NCBI GenBank assembly: GCA_029974015.1
Contig: JARKUF010000009.1
Location: forward strand, 1,167 to 65,166
Length of the DNA stretch: 64,000 nt
DNA from: Spirochaetota bacterium
Lineage (GTDB): Bacteria > Spirochaetota > UBA4802 > JAGODF01
Reading direction: 5' to 3'
Part shown: positions 7,161-17,699 of the stretch, one piece after another
Position numbering within the stretch: the stretch's first letter is position 1
Layout of the letters: the number at the start of each line of letters is the position of its first letter
Notes under the pieces: generated by a model
The model's database searches: none
What the model was told of the DNA's origin: nothing
Seen by the model: only the letters and a program-made list of their open reading frames with translations
Translations under genes and position numbers: made by a program

Positions 7161-8912
7161 ATGGACCCAATCATTCAGAAGCGCGTGGAAGAATGGACGC
7201 GCCCTCCCTTCGACGAAAACACCATAGGTGAGATAAAGGCCCTTGCAGAGGGAAATAACGTAAAGGAGCTCACTGAGCGCTTCCACGCCACACTTGAATT
7301 CGGCACCGGGGGACTCAGGGGGATACTGGGCGCCGGGACCAATAGAATGAACATTTACACGGTGGGTATGGCGGCCCAGGGGCTTGCGAACTACATAATA
7401 CGCATGGGACGCCAGGACAGCGGCGTCGTCATTGCCTGCGACTCGCGTCGCATGTCGGACCTCTTCCGAGACGAGACCGCCTCCATCATGGCGGGAAACG
7501 GCATCAGGGCCTATGTCTTCGACGACATCACCCCGACGCCCCTTTGCTCATATGCCATACGAAAGCTTAATGCCGTCTCCGGCGTGGTTATCACGGCAAG
7601 CCACAATCCGCCTGAATACAATGGCTTTAAAGCGTATTGGGACGACGGCGGCCAGGTGGTGCCGCCCCATGATAAAGCCATCATCGGCGAGGTGAACGCC
7701 ATCGAGTCCATCGCGCACATAAAAAAGATGGATTTCGAAGAAGGTAAAAAACGCGGACTCATTACCATAATCGGAGATGATATACGCGGCGCCTATCTTG
7801 CCGAGCTCGAAAAAAAGGCCCTGAGAAAGCCCGGCAATTCCGGCATCAAAATAGTCTACTCCCCCCTGCACGGCACTGGGTATCGCATTGTTCCTGAAGT
7901 CCTCTCTCATTTCGGGTTCAAAAATGTTTTCCCGGTAAAGGAACAATCAATTCCGGACGGAAAATTCCCCACTGTGAAATATCCGAACCCCGAAGAGCGG
8001 GCGGCCCTGGAAATGTCCCTGACCCTTGCCCGTGAGACGGGCGCCGACATCATCCTCGCCACGGACCCCGACGCCGACCGAATGGGCGTGGGCTTCCGAG
8101 ACGAAAAAGGCGACTACATCCTCATCAACGGCAACCAGATCGGCACGATGCTGGAGTACTATCTCCTGAAACGCCTCTCCGAAGAAAACCGTCTCCCGGA
8201 AGACGCCGCCGTCATCAAGACAATAGTCACGACGGACCTCCAGGAGGAAATAGCGAAGTCTTTCGGATGCAGGACCGAAAACGTGCTTACGGGCTTCAAA
8301 TGGATTGCCATGAAAATGAAGGAATACGAAGAGAATGGGGGCGGCTCTTTTGTTTTCGGCGGCGAGGAAAGCTACGGATACCTTCCCGTGGACTTCGTGC
8401 GGGACAAGGACGCCGTTAGCGCCTGCTACTTTTTCGCCGAGATGACCGACTGGCTCCAGAGTAAAGGTTTAACGCTGAACGACTTTTTGAATGAAATATA
8501 TCTGAAGCACCACCTCTACCTTGAGGACCTCCACTCCCTCACCCTCAAGGGCCTTGAGGGAATGGAAAAGATAGGCGCCATCATGGACTCCTTTCGCGCA
8601 GCCCCCCCGAAGGAATTCGCGGGAACACCGGTGACCTGCGTCTCCGATATCAAGTCCCTGACAATGAAAGACCTTAAATCGGGCGGAGAGTTCCCAATGG
8701 AAGGCCTGCCGAAATCGGACGTACTCCAGTTTTTCCTTGAGGACGGCGCAAAGATAACCATGCGCCCATCGGGCACGGAACCGAAAATCAAGTTCTATTT
8801 CAGCGTAAAGGAGAAGGTGGACGCCTCCGGCATCGCAGAGGGCAAGCAATCGTTGAAAAAAAAGATCGAAATGTACAGGGCGTCCCTTCTGGAGAAGGTC
8901 CAGGGGCTGTAA
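7161..8912 (+). CDS. pgm: alpha-D-phosphohexomutase (phosphoglucomutase/phosphomannomutase), 583 aa
   Basis: Active-site TASHNPPEYNGFK (phosphoserine loop); GEESYG sugar-binding loop. Confidence 0.9.
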   Translation: MDPIIQKRVEEWTRPPFDENTIGEIKALAEGNNVKELTERFHATLEFGTGGLRGILGAGTNRMNIYTVGMAAQGLANYIIRMGRQDSGVVIACDSRRMSDLFRDETASIMAGNGIRAYVFDDITPTPLCSYAIRKLNAVSGVVITASHNPPEYNGFKAYWDDGGQVVPPHDKAIIGEVNAIESIAHIKKMDFEEGKKRGLITIIGDDIRGAYLAELEKKALRKPGNSGIKIVYSPLHGTGYRIVPEVLSHFGFKNVFPVKEQSIPDGKFPTVKYPNPEERAALEMSLTLARETGADIILATDPDADRMGVGFRDEKGDYILINGNQIGTMLEYYLLKRLSEENRLPEDAAVIKTIVTTDLQEEIAKSFGCRTENVLTGFKWIAMKMKEYEENGGGSFVFGGEESYGYLPVDFVRDKDAVSACYFFAEMTDWLQSKGLTLNDFLNEIYLKHHLYLEDLHSLTLKGLEGMEKIGAIMDSFRAAPPKEFAGTPVTCVSDIKSLTMKDLKSGGEFPMEGLPKSDVLQFFLEDGAKITMRPSGTEPKIKFYFSVKEKVDASGIAEGKQSLKKKIEMYRASLLEKVQGL

Positions 8913-8939
8913 AATCGTCAAATTTTCGGCGAGGGAATA

Positions 8940-9389
8940 TTACATCCTTCGTAAAATTTCGTCTTCCTTCTTTCTCATCCTTTCCTCTCCGCGCTTCGAC
9001 TTCTCGTGGTCGTATCCCACAAGATGGAGAAATCCATGCACCAGAAGTCGGCGCACCTCGTCGCGGAAAGACGGCGAGTACTCTTCGTGCTGGATCCACG
9101 CCTGTTCGAGGGAAAGATACACGTCCCCGAGATGCTCCTCCCGCTCCGGAGGCCCGGGGAAGGGGTTGTCGCGATTGGCGAAGGAAATGACGTCCGTGGG
9201 GCTATCTTTTTTCCTGTACCTTTTGTTTATTGGACGTATTGAAGCATTGTCGGTCAAGATCAAAGTAACCCTGGAGTCTTCAAGCCCCAGAAGATAGAGG
9301 GCCCTTTCAGCCGCGTCGCGAAGCTCCCGCTTCTTCAAACCCCGAAAAGGAAAGCGTATATCACCCTCCAGGCATATCTCAATAGTCAT
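8940..9389 (-). CDS. ybeY: rRNA maturation endoribonuclease YbeY
   Basis: HGFLHLVGYDHE zinc-binding H..H....H motif. The start is refined to MTIEI; the gene overlaps the upstream gene's 3' end by 11 nt. Confidence 0.8.
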   Translation of the reverse strand: MTIEICLEGDIRFPFRGLKKRELRDAAERALYLLGLEDSRVTLILTDNASIRPINKRYRKKDSPTDVISFANRDNPFPGPPEREEHLGDVYLSLEQAWIQHEEYSPSFRDEVRRLLVHGFLHLVGYDHEKSKRGEERMRKKEDEILRRM

Positions 9390-11661
9390 CGTCGTCCTCT
9401 TCCTTCCCCATGACCCGGTCCTCAAGGTCCTCCACCGCTTCCTTCGTCGGATATTCGATGCGGTTATGGTATATGCCGTTGAGGATGCGCAGGAAGGCCC
9501 GCTGTATGCGTTTCAGGTCGGACATGGTGAGGTTTGAGTTTTCCAGCTCTCCCTCGTTAAGCTTGTTGTACACGATCTTGTTAACTAGGCCGCGGAGTTT
9601 ATTTGTCGTGGGTTCCTGTAGAGAGCGCGATGCCGCCTCTATCGCGTCGGCAAGCATAACCACCGCGACTTCCGGCGACGAGGGTTTCGGCCCGGGATAT
9701 TGGAAATCTTTTTTTTCTATGGCGTCACCGGCCCGGGAGGAATCGGAAAGCTCCAGGGCCTGGTGATAAAAATAGGTCATGGTGCTTTCGCCGTGGTGCT
9801 CCCGGATAAAATTTATCACGGAATCGGGAAGGTTTTCCTTTTCCGCGATCCTAACTCCCGTATCGACATGGGAGATAATAAGCTGCGAATACTCCCCGGG
9901 GCTCATAGTGCGGGCCCGCCGGTCTGTGACCTTGTTTTCTATGTACATCCCCGAGTTGGGTATTTTCCCAATATCGTGATAATACCCCCCCACCCGCGCG
10001 AGGAGGTAGTTGGCCCCCACTTCCTTGCATGCCGCTTCGGCCATGGTGGCCACCATGAGGGAGTGATTGTAAGTACCTGGGGCCTTGATGATCATCTTCT
10101 TGAAAATCGGGGCGTTCAGGTCGGAAAGCTCCAGAAGCTTGAACGGCGTGGTAACGCCAAAAACCGATTCGTAGATCGGCAAAATCCCCAGAACCAGGAT
10201 GGCGTTGATGACGCCGTTTGCCAGAGCAAGCCCCGAATTGGCTAAGTTGTCGCCAATCCCAAGCCCCTCGATGAGTCCCAGAGAAAGCGCGACGGCGGCG
10301 TTTATCACGCCGATGATGAGCCCCGTCCGCAGAAAGGACGTGCGCCGCTCGATGTCCCGGGAGAGGAACGCCCCCATCAAGGCCGACGAGAAAGACAAAA
10401 TCAGCGTAGGGGTGGACTCGCCGCTGATGACAAAACCGAAAAAGACAATGTACACTCCGGCGACGAGGGAGATGTATATGTTGTTCAACACCGCAATCAT
10501 CATAGTAGTAAAAGCAACCGGCAGAAAGAGGGCGAAGATCATCTTTGTGCCGGTGATGTTCTCCACGCGGGAGATGAGGAAGGTGTACACCATAAAGAGC
10601 ATAATAAGAGAGAAAACAATGAGAGGCGATTTGGCCTCCGTAAAAATCTGCTCGTAGTAAAAGAGAATAAGATAGGAAAATATCAGAATGAAGAGGGCCT
10701 GGAGGAGGAAAATTCCAAGGACATAGTAGATGTTCCGCGATTGGGTATTCCTGTTTACAATCTGTATTCTATCGTAGATGTCGGAGGTGACAGTCTCCCC
10801 TTCCTGGACGATGCTCTGGCCCCTCTTTAAGGCGGCCATGACGGGCTTCACGGATTTCATCGACTCGTCGATGCGCCGTTTGGTTTCCTCCTGGTTGAAG
10901 GAGAGGTTGGACGTCAGGTTTTGTTCCACAATTTTCCTTACGGCATTGAGCTGTTCCGGCGGGAGGAAGGTCGCAATGGCATGGGTTTTCTTCGGGACCT
11001 CCGGACGGACTTCTCTGAGGGTTTCAAGCTCCTCAAGTTTCATCATCGTCTCGTTCGTTTCCCCGGTGCTGTTGATCGTCCGCACGGACACATTGGTGTT
11101 CTTAATGTTAAGGGGATTGTTGTATGGCTCCTTGAGGATGCCCCGGTCAAAAATATAAACGAGGATTTTGCTGACCACGTTCTTGAGGCGCACGGGGTTG
11201 CGGTCCCTGAGTATTCCCTGGAGGACCTGATCGCTGTAGACCAGATAGCGGGGGAGTTTGGATTTCAGAGCAATAAGCTGAAAGGTGCGGTCCTCGGTGC
11301 CGATGGGGGGGTTCTCTTCCATTACGTCGCGCACATGCCGGAAGAGGGTGTCGACCATTGCAAGGCGCTCCACGAGCACCGACTGGTCCTTGTCAAAAAC
11401 CAGGGGCGATTGTTCCGCCGCCCTGGCCATCTTCCTCCGGGTCTCCGATTCAATCTGATAGCGGATATCATGGATCACCCGGATGTCCTCCCGGGCGATG
11501 TCCCCCACATTGTAGCTGTAGCTCTTGCCGACGATGCTGATTGATAGAAGAACAGTAGAGACCGCAATCACGCAGAGAGTCAGCAGTAACGAAACGCGGA
11601 CGCCCGGCTTCCTGAAAGCCTGGGTGAGACGACGCCTGAAAAATATGAACCCCTTGAGCAT
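9379..11661 (-). CDS. 7TM receptor with intracellular HD (HDIG) hydrolase domain, PgpH-like (760 aa)
   Basis: N-terminal TM, extracellular domain, 7 TM helices, then an HD domain with YYHDIGK. It sits in the conserved phoH–(7TM-HD)–ybeY arrangement. Confidence 0.85.
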   Translation of the reverse strand: MLKGFIFFRRRLTQAFRKPGVRVSLLLTLCVIAVSTVLLSISIVGKSYSYNVGDIAREDIRVIHDIRYQIESETRRKMARAAEQSPLVFDKDQSVLVERLAMVDTLFRHVRDVMEENPPIGTEDRTFQLIALKSKLPRYLVYSDQVLQGILRDRNPVRLKNVVSKILVYIFDRGILKEPYNNPLNIKNTNVSVRTINSTGETNETMMKLEELETLREVRPEVPKKTHAIATFLPPEQLNAVRKIVEQNLTSNLSFNQEETKRRIDESMKSVKPVMAALKRGQSIVQEGETVTSDIYDRIQIVNRNTQSRNIYYVLGIFLLQALFILIFSYLILFYYEQIFTEAKSPLIVFSLIMLFMVYTFLISRVENITGTKMIFALFLPVAFTTMMIAVLNNIYISLVAGVYIVFFGFVISGESTPTLILSFSSALMGAFLSRDIERRTSFLRTGLIIGVINAAVALSLGLIEGLGIGDNLANSGLALANGVINAILVLGILPIYESVFGVTTPFKLLELSDLNAPIFKKMIIKAPGTYNHSLMVATMAEAACKEVGANYLLARVGGYYHDIGKIPNSGMYIENKVTDRRARTMSPGEYSQLIISHVDTGVRIAEKENLPDSVINFIREHHGESTMTYFYHQALELSDSSRAGDAIEKKDFQYPGPKPSSPEVAVVMLADAIEAASRSLQEPTTNKLRGLVNKIVYNKLNEGELENSNLTMSDLKRIQRAFLRILNGIYHNRIEYPTKEAVEDLEDRVMGKEEDDDDY

Positions 11662-11670
11662 GGTCCCCTT

Positions 11671-12651
11671 TTAGCCGTCCTTTTTCGCATGCCGGTCATA
11701 GGCTGCCACTATTTTTTCCACGATGGGGTGCCGGCAGATATCTTCCCGGGCAAAGCGCATAAAGGCGATCTCCTCCACGTCCCGGAGAATGCGCATAGCG
11801 TGGAGAAGCCCTGACTTCGACGGCTTCTCCAAGTCAATTTGCGTCACGTCCCCGGAAATGACAATCCTGGACTCGTTTCCCAGCCTCGTCAAAAACATTT
11901 TCATCTGGGACATCGTCGTATTCTGGGCCTCGTCGAGGATGATATAGGCGCGGTTCAGCGTGCGCCCCCGCATGTACGCCAGGGGCGCAATTTCGATGCT
12001 GCCTTTTTCAATGAGCGATGACACCCGTTCGAAGGGTAAAAGGTCGAACAGCGCGTCGTAAAGCGGACGGAGATAGGGGTTGATCTTCTGGATGAGGTCT
12101 CCCGGAAGGAAGCCGAGGTTTTCTCCGGCCTCCACGGCGGGACGCGTGAGGATGATTCGCTCCACCTTCCCTTTTAGAAACATCTGGAGGCCAACAGCAA
12201 CGGCTAAATATGTCTTACCCGTCCCGGCGGGGCCGATGGAAAAGGTGATCGGATGTGAGTGGATATGGGATATGTACTCCGCCTGGTTCAAAGTCCGGGG
12301 CGCCACCGTGCGCCCCGTTTCAGGAATGACAATCCTAAAGCGATCGATATTCCCGGGCCTCACGTCCTTCCCCGCGGCCACGGTCCTTGCAAGGTACTTC
12401 ACGGCGAAGTCGTCGAAATCCTGGCGCTCTTCGCATCCATCAAGATGGTCGGACATGATGTGAAGGAGCTTCACCGCCGCCTCCGCTTCCTTTGGAGGCC
12501 CGTTCACAATGAGGGTGTTTCCCCGGGGAATGATGGTGACGCCTATCGCCGATTCGATGGTCTTGAGGTTTCGGTCCTTGAAGCCGCACAGACGCCTGTA
12601 CAGCGCGATATCGTCTATTTCGAACCTGTGCTCCTCCATCCTATTTGCCAA
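11671..12651 (-). CDS. phoH: PhoH-like ATPase
   Basis: Walker A GPAGTGKTY and the PhoH family C-terminal region. Confidence 0.9.
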   Translation of the reverse strand: MANRMEEHRFEIDDIALYRRLCGFKDRNLKTIESAIGVTIIPRGNTLIVNGPPKEAEAAVKLLHIMSDHLDGCEERQDFDDFAVKYLARTVAAGKDVRPGNIDRFRIVIPETGRTVAPRTLNQAEYISHIHSHPITFSIGPAGTGKTYLAVAVGLQMFLKGKVERIILTRPAVEAGENLGFLPGDLIQKINPYLRPLYDALFDLLPFERVSSLIEKGSIEIAPLAYMRGRTLNRAYIILDEAQNTTMSQMKMFLTRLGNESRIVISGDVTQIDLEKPSKSGLLHAMRILRDVEEIAFMRFAREDICRHPIVEKIVAAYDRHAKKDG

Positions 12652-14419
12652 CCAGGCCGATATTGAGCTCCTTAAGCTGGGCGGGGTCGACCGGCGATGG
12701 GGCTTCGCTCATGAGGCACTGCCCTCTTTGCGTTTTCGGAAAAGCGATGACGTCGCGGATGGAGGCCCTTTTAAGAAGAATCATCATAATCCTGTCAAGG
12801 CCCAGGGCTATGCCGCCGTGGGGGGGCGCGCCGAACTTCAGGGCGTCCAGGAGGAAAGAAAACTTTACCTTCGCTTCCTCCTCGCCAATGCCAAGGACGG
12901 AGAACATCTTCCTCTGGAGGTCCGTATTCGCTATCCTGATGGAACCGCCCCCTATCTCAACGCCGTTGAGGACCACATCGTAGGCCTGGGCCTTGATGTT
13001 TTGTACATTGTCCGGAGTGAGGGCGTCAAGCATATTCACATGGTCCGGCCGCGGCGAGGTGAAGGGATGGTGCGTTGAATAATACCGCCCGTCCTCGGGG
13101 CTGTATTCCAGGAGAGGGAAATCGGTCACCCAGAGGAAATTTAGTTTGTCCTCATCGATCAGCCCCAGGTCCCGCGCCGCTTTCAGGCGGAGATTTCCCA
13201 GGGCGTCATTCACCACGTTTAAGGAATCCGATACTATGAACAGAATGGAATTGTCTTCCGGCTTCATCCTTTCAACGATGGATTTTTTTTCAGCGTCGGA
13301 GAAGTACTTCGCTACGCCTCCTTCAAAAGCGCCGCCGCGGTAACGCGCCCAGGAGAGCCCCCGGGCGCGGTATATCTTCACATACTCGCCGTACTCGTCT
13401 ATCATCTTCCGGGACACGGCGTCTCCGCCCGGCGCCGCAAAAGCCTTGATGGCCCCTTTTGCCTCCAGCGTCGAAGTGAAAACGCCAAACTGCGATTCAC
13501 TGAAAACATCGCTCAGGTCTGAAAGCTCCATGCCGAAACGAAGGTCCGGCGCGTCTTTGCCAAAGCGCGACATCGCCTCGTCGTAGGTGAGCCGCGTGAA
13601 CGGCAGCTCAATTTCCCGGCCCAGGGCCGCCCGGACCATAACCCCAAGCGCCCCTTCGATGATCTCCATCACCATGGAGGCGTCCACAAAGGACATCTCC
13701 AGGTCCACCTGGGTAAACTCGGGCTGACGGTCATTTCGAAGGTCCTCGTCGCGGAAACATTTCACTATCTGAAAATATCTGTCGAAACCCGAAACCATGA
13801 GTATCTGTTTAAAGAGCTGAGGCGATTGGGGAAGGGCGTAGAACATACCTCTGTTGTTGCGGCTCGGCACCAGGAAGTCCCGGGCGCCTTCGGGCGTGGA
13901 TTTGTTAAGCAAAGGAGTCTCTATCTCAATGAACCTTTTTTCAGAAAGATAGTTCCTCACGGCCTGGGACACCCGATGGCGAAGTATCATAGCGTCGCGC
14001 ATAAAAGGACGCCGGAGGTCCATGTATCTGTACCGGAGGCGCAAGTCCTCACCTATGCTTTCGTGGTGGTCGATGGCGAATGGGGGCAGCTCCGACGTGT
14101 TCAATATCTCCACCGACCCGGCTATAATCTCAAACCCGCCCGTGGGAAGATCGGGGTTTATCGTTTCAGCCGAGCGCGTCCCCACGGTCCCCCGGGCGGC
14201 AACGCAGTATTCACTGCGGAGCGCCTCCGCGGTCCTCGCGCACTCATCGCTCGCCTCGGAGGAGTTCACCACGACCTGGGCGACTCCGGTCACGTCACGC
14301 AGCGTAATGAAGGTGATGCCGCCAAGGTCGCGCTTCCTGTCCACCCAGCCATAGAGGACAACTTCCCTTCCGACCAAACCGGCATTCAATTCGCCGCAAT
14401 AGGTCCTGTCCTGGAACAT
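12641..14419 (-). CDS. aspS: aspartyl-tRNA synthetase
   Basis: Class II aaRS motifs (FRDEDLR, GGGSIRI, GLDR). The start is refined to MFQDRTYCGEL with an upstream SD. Confidence 0.9.
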   Translation of the reverse strand: MFQDRTYCGELNAGLVGREVVLYGWVDRKRDLGGITFITLRDVTGVAQVVVNSSEASDECARTAEALRSEYCVAARGTVGTRSAETINPDLPTGGFEIIAGSVEILNTSELPPFAIDHHESIGEDLRLRYRYMDLRRPFMRDAMILRHRVSQAVRNYLSEKRFIEIETPLLNKSTPEGARDFLVPSRNNRGMFYALPQSPQLFKQILMVSGFDRYFQIVKCFRDEDLRNDRQPEFTQVDLEMSFVDASMVMEIIEGALGVMVRAALGREIELPFTRLTYDEAMSRFGKDAPDLRFGMELSDLSDVFSESQFGVFTSTLEAKGAIKAFAAPGGDAVSRKMIDEYGEYVKIYRARGLSWARYRGGAFEGGVAKYFSDAEKKSIVERMKPEDNSILFIVSDSLNVVNDALGNLRLKAARDLGLIDEDKLNFLWVTDFPLLEYSPEDGRYYSTHHPFTSPRPDHVNMLDALTPDNVQNIKAQAYDVVLNGVEIGGGSIRIANTDLQRKMFSVLGIGEEEAKVKFSFLLDALKFGAPPHGGIALGLDRIMMILLKRASIRDVIAFPKTQRGQCLMSEAPSPVDPAQLKELNIGLVGK

Positions 14420-14587
14420 GTTCCTTAACCCCTTCTGATATTTCTCATTGAGAACCAATCCCGGCCGGAGGAAAATACTACAGGAAACGTCAGTACGGCG
14501 GTGAAAATTCCGCGCCAGTATCCCGGCCTTCGCCGGTCAGGCACTCAGGTTTTTCCGGAAAGAGTATTTGTCAAGCCGATTTTGCGG

Positions 14588-15997
14588 TCACTCCGCCCCC
14601 GGGGGCGCCGTCGGCTCCGCCGCCAGGGCGCCGGCGTACCGGCGTGACGCGTGCCATCGCCAGAGATAAAACACCGGAACTCCCGCAAGGACCGCCAGAA
14701 GGGCAAACCTCGACGTGTTCGTCCAGGCCAAAAATCCCGCGGCCAGCATGAAGACGGAGATTACGATGAACACGAGGGGCACCAGGGGGTAAAGGGGCAC
14801 CTTGAAGGGCCTGGGTATCTCCGGATGTTTTTTCCTCAGGTAAATAAGGCCGATAACCGTCAGGACCGGGAAGATTCCCAGGGCAAAGCCCATGTACTCC
14901 ATGAGGAGCGTCGAGTTGCCGATGAACACGTAAAAAATCGACAGGACCACCTGAAGGGCGATGGCGAAGGCCGGGGTCCCGAAGCGTTCGCTCACGCTCC
15001 CCAATATGCCGAAGAGCATTCTGTCCTTCGCCATGGCGTAATAGACACGGGGGCCTATCATTATCTCAACCGATATAGACGAAAGAAGGATGAGGGCGAC
15101 GGCGATGGTAAAAAAGCCCGACACGCCGGGCCCGAAGAGGCTCCTGGCCGCCACGGCCCCCACGGCCTTCTGGTTCATCAACTCCGCCCCGGGCGCGGAA
15201 ACGAGAAACACGACATTAAGCAGGAGATAAATCACCGAAGTGACCACCGTTCCCAGGAGAAGCGCCAGCGGAAGGTTTCTTCCGGGATTTTTAATTTCCC
15301 CGGAAAGATACGACGCGCCGTTCCACCCGGCGTAGGAAAACATAATAATGAGAAGCGAAAGGCCCATTACCGGGACGCCTCCCAGAGGTTGCTCCGACGC
15401 GGCCGGATAAACAGTCACGAGGCGGTCAGCCTGACTCCAGTCGGCCATCCAGGCGCCAAAGCCGAGGAAAGATACGATGATGGCGATTTTAACGACCGTG
15501 AGGACGTTTTGAACCACCGTTCCGGTCCTCACTCCAATAATATGTACGCCGCCGAAAAAAAGTATGATAAGGGAAGCCGTTATTTTCTGGTTCATCGGGT
15601 CCGCTAAAAAAAGCGAGAGTGGCGCCTGGCTCCCATAGACATCGTTCAGAAATTGGCGCGTGTATTCAATGACGGTGATGGAGGTGATGGCAACGCAGGC
15701 CGTAAAACCGATTAAAAGCGATATCCATCCCGAGAGGAAGGCGGGAAGAAAACCGAAGGTTTTCTTGAGATAGACGTATTCCCCGCCGACATGGGGCCAC
15801 ATGGCGGCAAGCTCGGCATAACAGAGAGAGCCGGTCACGGCCACAAGGAGGGCCACTCCCCAGAGGGACAGAATAAGGAGGGCATTATGCGTCATGCCGA
15901 GTATTTCACCGGTGGTGATGAATATGCCCGTCCCTATCATGCTTGCCACCACCACCAGGATGGCGGAGGGAAGCCCGAGCTGCCGTTTCAGTTCCAA
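14588..15997 (-). CDS. APC-family amino acid permease (469 aa)
   Basis: 12 predicted TM helices and an N-terminal IGTGIF motif typical of APC transporters. Confidence 0.8.
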   Translation of the reverse strand: MELKRQLGLPSAILVVVASMIGTGIFITTGEILGMTHNALLILSLWGVALLVAVTGSLCYAELAAMWPHVGGEYVYLKKTFGFLPAFLSGWISLLIGFTACVAITSITVIEYTRQFLNDVYGSQAPLSLFLADPMNQKITASLIILFFGGVHIIGVRTGTVVQNVLTVVKIAIIVSFLGFGAWMADWSQADRLVTVYPAASEQPLGGVPVMGLSLLIIMFSYAGWNGASYLSGEIKNPGRNLPLALLLGTVVTSVIYLLLNVVFLVSAPGAELMNQKAVGAVAARSLFGPGVSGFFTIAVALILLSSISVEIMIGPRVYYAMAKDRMLFGILGSVSERFGTPAFAIALQVVLSIFYVFIGNSTLLMEYMGFALGIFPVLTVIGLIYLRKKHPEIPRPFKVPLYPLVPLVFIVISVFMLAAGFLAWTNTSRFALLAVLAGVPVFYLWRWHASRRYAGALAAEPTAPPGAE

Positions 15998-16180
15998 ATA
16001 GATGTACCTTCCAGGTTTTTATAGGGAAGCTTAAAAAAAATTTTAAGGCTCCCATAAATAGCGTTCCGGAGAATTTTTTTCACCCAACAGGTGTCGGGCA
16101 CCCGATGGCGGAAATTGGATAAGCATGGTTATATTATCGAAAAAGTCAAGAGTATAATCAAATGGGAATTACAAAAATTT

Positions 16181-16305
16181 TGCGTGTGATGCGCGTGATG
16201 CATGTGATGTATGTGAAGGCGCGCAAGCGCTTGCGCGCCTTCATACGCAACACGCGCGCATTCATACGCAACACGCACGCCTTCATACGCATCGCGCAAA
16301 TACGG
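16181..16305. promoter_or_regulatory. repeat-rich leader region with a 28-nt perfect palindrome (16214–16241: GAAGGCGCGCAAGCGCTTGCGCGCCTTC)
   Basis: On the left are four 9-nt tandem repeats (gtgatgcgc, gtgatgcat, gtgatgtat, gtgaaggcg). On the right are ~20-nt tandem repeats (ttcatacgcaacacgcgcgcat x2.5). It lies between the divergent permease gene and the beta-lactamase-family gene. Confidence 0.6.
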
Positions 16306-16394
16306 AAAACTATTTGCGTAAATACCCCATCCCGGGCAATGATGAACGAAAAATCGGCGCAATGCGCGGATTTTTCACGATATCGCAGATAATA

Positions 16395-17699
16395 ATGAGA
16401 CGCTGCTTTACAATAGCCATCATCGTCATATCCTCCTTGGTCTTTTTCGGAACGCCGGACCGCCCCGGCACGCTTCTGGGCGCCGATGAGGCCATACCGG
16501 TAGAGACGGACGCGGGGGAAGAGCTGAAGCTTCGCGTTCTTGAGCTGATGGACAAATACCGCATCATCGGCCTGAATTATCTGGTGGTATCCGGAAACAG
16601 GGAGAAGGGCTATGGCTGTTTCGGCTACTCCGATAAAGAAGAAAAAAAACCGATGAAGCGAACGACGATATTCAGAATTGCCTCGATTTCCAAACCCATC
16701 ACGGCTACTGCGCTCATGCAGTTGGCCCAGAAAAAGAAATGCCGCCTGGATGATGACATCAGCGCTTACCTGGGATATCGCCTGCGCAATCCCTGGCATC
16801 CTCGAAAAGCCATCACCCTCCGCCACCTCCTGACACACAGCTCGGGAATAAGCGATGGGGGACGCTACGATGATTTCCTCCAGGCTTCCTATAGTACGAG
16901 CCCGCCTCCGCTGCGCTCCATCCTTCAAAAAGACGGGATCTATTATAGTAAAAAAACCTGGAAGAGACATGCCCCCGGAAAAAAATTCACCTACTCCAAT
17001 CTCGGCTACGGCATCATAGCCACCATCGTCGAAAGAGTGTCGAAAACGCGGTTCGACCTGTATTGCAAAAAAAACATTTTCTCTCCCCTCGGCATCAAGG
17101 CCAGCTTCAACGTAGACGATTTCGAAGACGTAAACGACTTCGCCGTGCTCTATGCCCATTACAGCGAGGAAGAAAGAAAGCGCGAGGAATATAGCGATAA
17201 AAATGAGTTTGAACCGTCCATGGACGCGTACAGGGGCATTAAGCCGGGACCGAGAGACCTGAGGGGCTTCACGCCCGGGTACAACGCCGTGGTCCATTCA
17301 CCCCAGGGCGGGGTCCGGGCGTCGATTCTCGATCTTGAGCAATTCATGCTGGCGATGATAAATAAGGGGGCCCACAGGAAAGGAAGAATACTCCAGTACT
17401 GGGCGGCCCAATACATGCAGAAGCTACAGTGGTCCGGGTTCCGGCAAAACGGCCTCTTCCGGGAAAACGGGCTCTCCTTTCATATCACGCGCAACCTCGT
17501 GAAAGGAAAGAAGCTCGTAGGGCACAGCGGCCGCGCTTACGGCTTCCAGGGAATGATGTATTTCGACCCGTTGAGGAAAGACGGCATCATCATCCTGATG
17601 AACGGCGGCGATTATTACAGCGGCGAAAAAGGCCCCCTGGAATTCCACCATGTGGAAACCGAACTGTACCGCCTCCTCCACGACGCGCTTCTTCGTTGA
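16395..17699 (+). CDS. beta-lactamase-family serine hydrolase (class C beta-lactamase/PBP-like esterase) with signal peptide
   Basis: SxxK motif ASISKPIT and YSN motif (YSNLGYGI). The start is refined to MRRCFTIAIIVISSLVFF (signal peptide). Confidence 0.8.
   Translation: MRRCFTIAIIVISSLVFFGTPDRPGTLLGADEAIPVETDAGEELKLRVLELMDKYRIIGLNYLVVSGNREKGYGCFGYSDKEEKKPMKRTTIFRIASISKPITATALMQLAQKKKCRLDDDISAYLGYRLRNPWHPRKAITLRHLLTHSSGISDGGRYDDFLQASYSTSPPPLRSILQKDGIYYSKKTWKRHAPGKKFTYSNLGYGIIATIVERVSKTRFDLYCKKNIFSPLGIKASFNVDDFEDVNDFAVLYAHYSEEERKREEYSDKNEFEPSMDAYRGIKPGPRDLRGFTPGYNAVVHSPQGGVRASILDLEQFMLAMINKGAHRKGRILQYWAAQYMQKLQWSGFRQNGLFRENGLSFHITRNLVKGKKLVGHSGRAYGFQGMMYFDPLRKDGIIILMNGGDYYSGEKGPLEFHHVETELYRLLHDALLR

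Noticed and set aside
14651-15607. 318-aa ORF antisense to the amino acid permease
   Set aside because: The product is a low-complexity, charged antisense translation (…KDRQKGKPRRVRPGQKSRGQHEDGDYDEHEGHQG…). The sense strand encodes a well-supported 12-TM permease.
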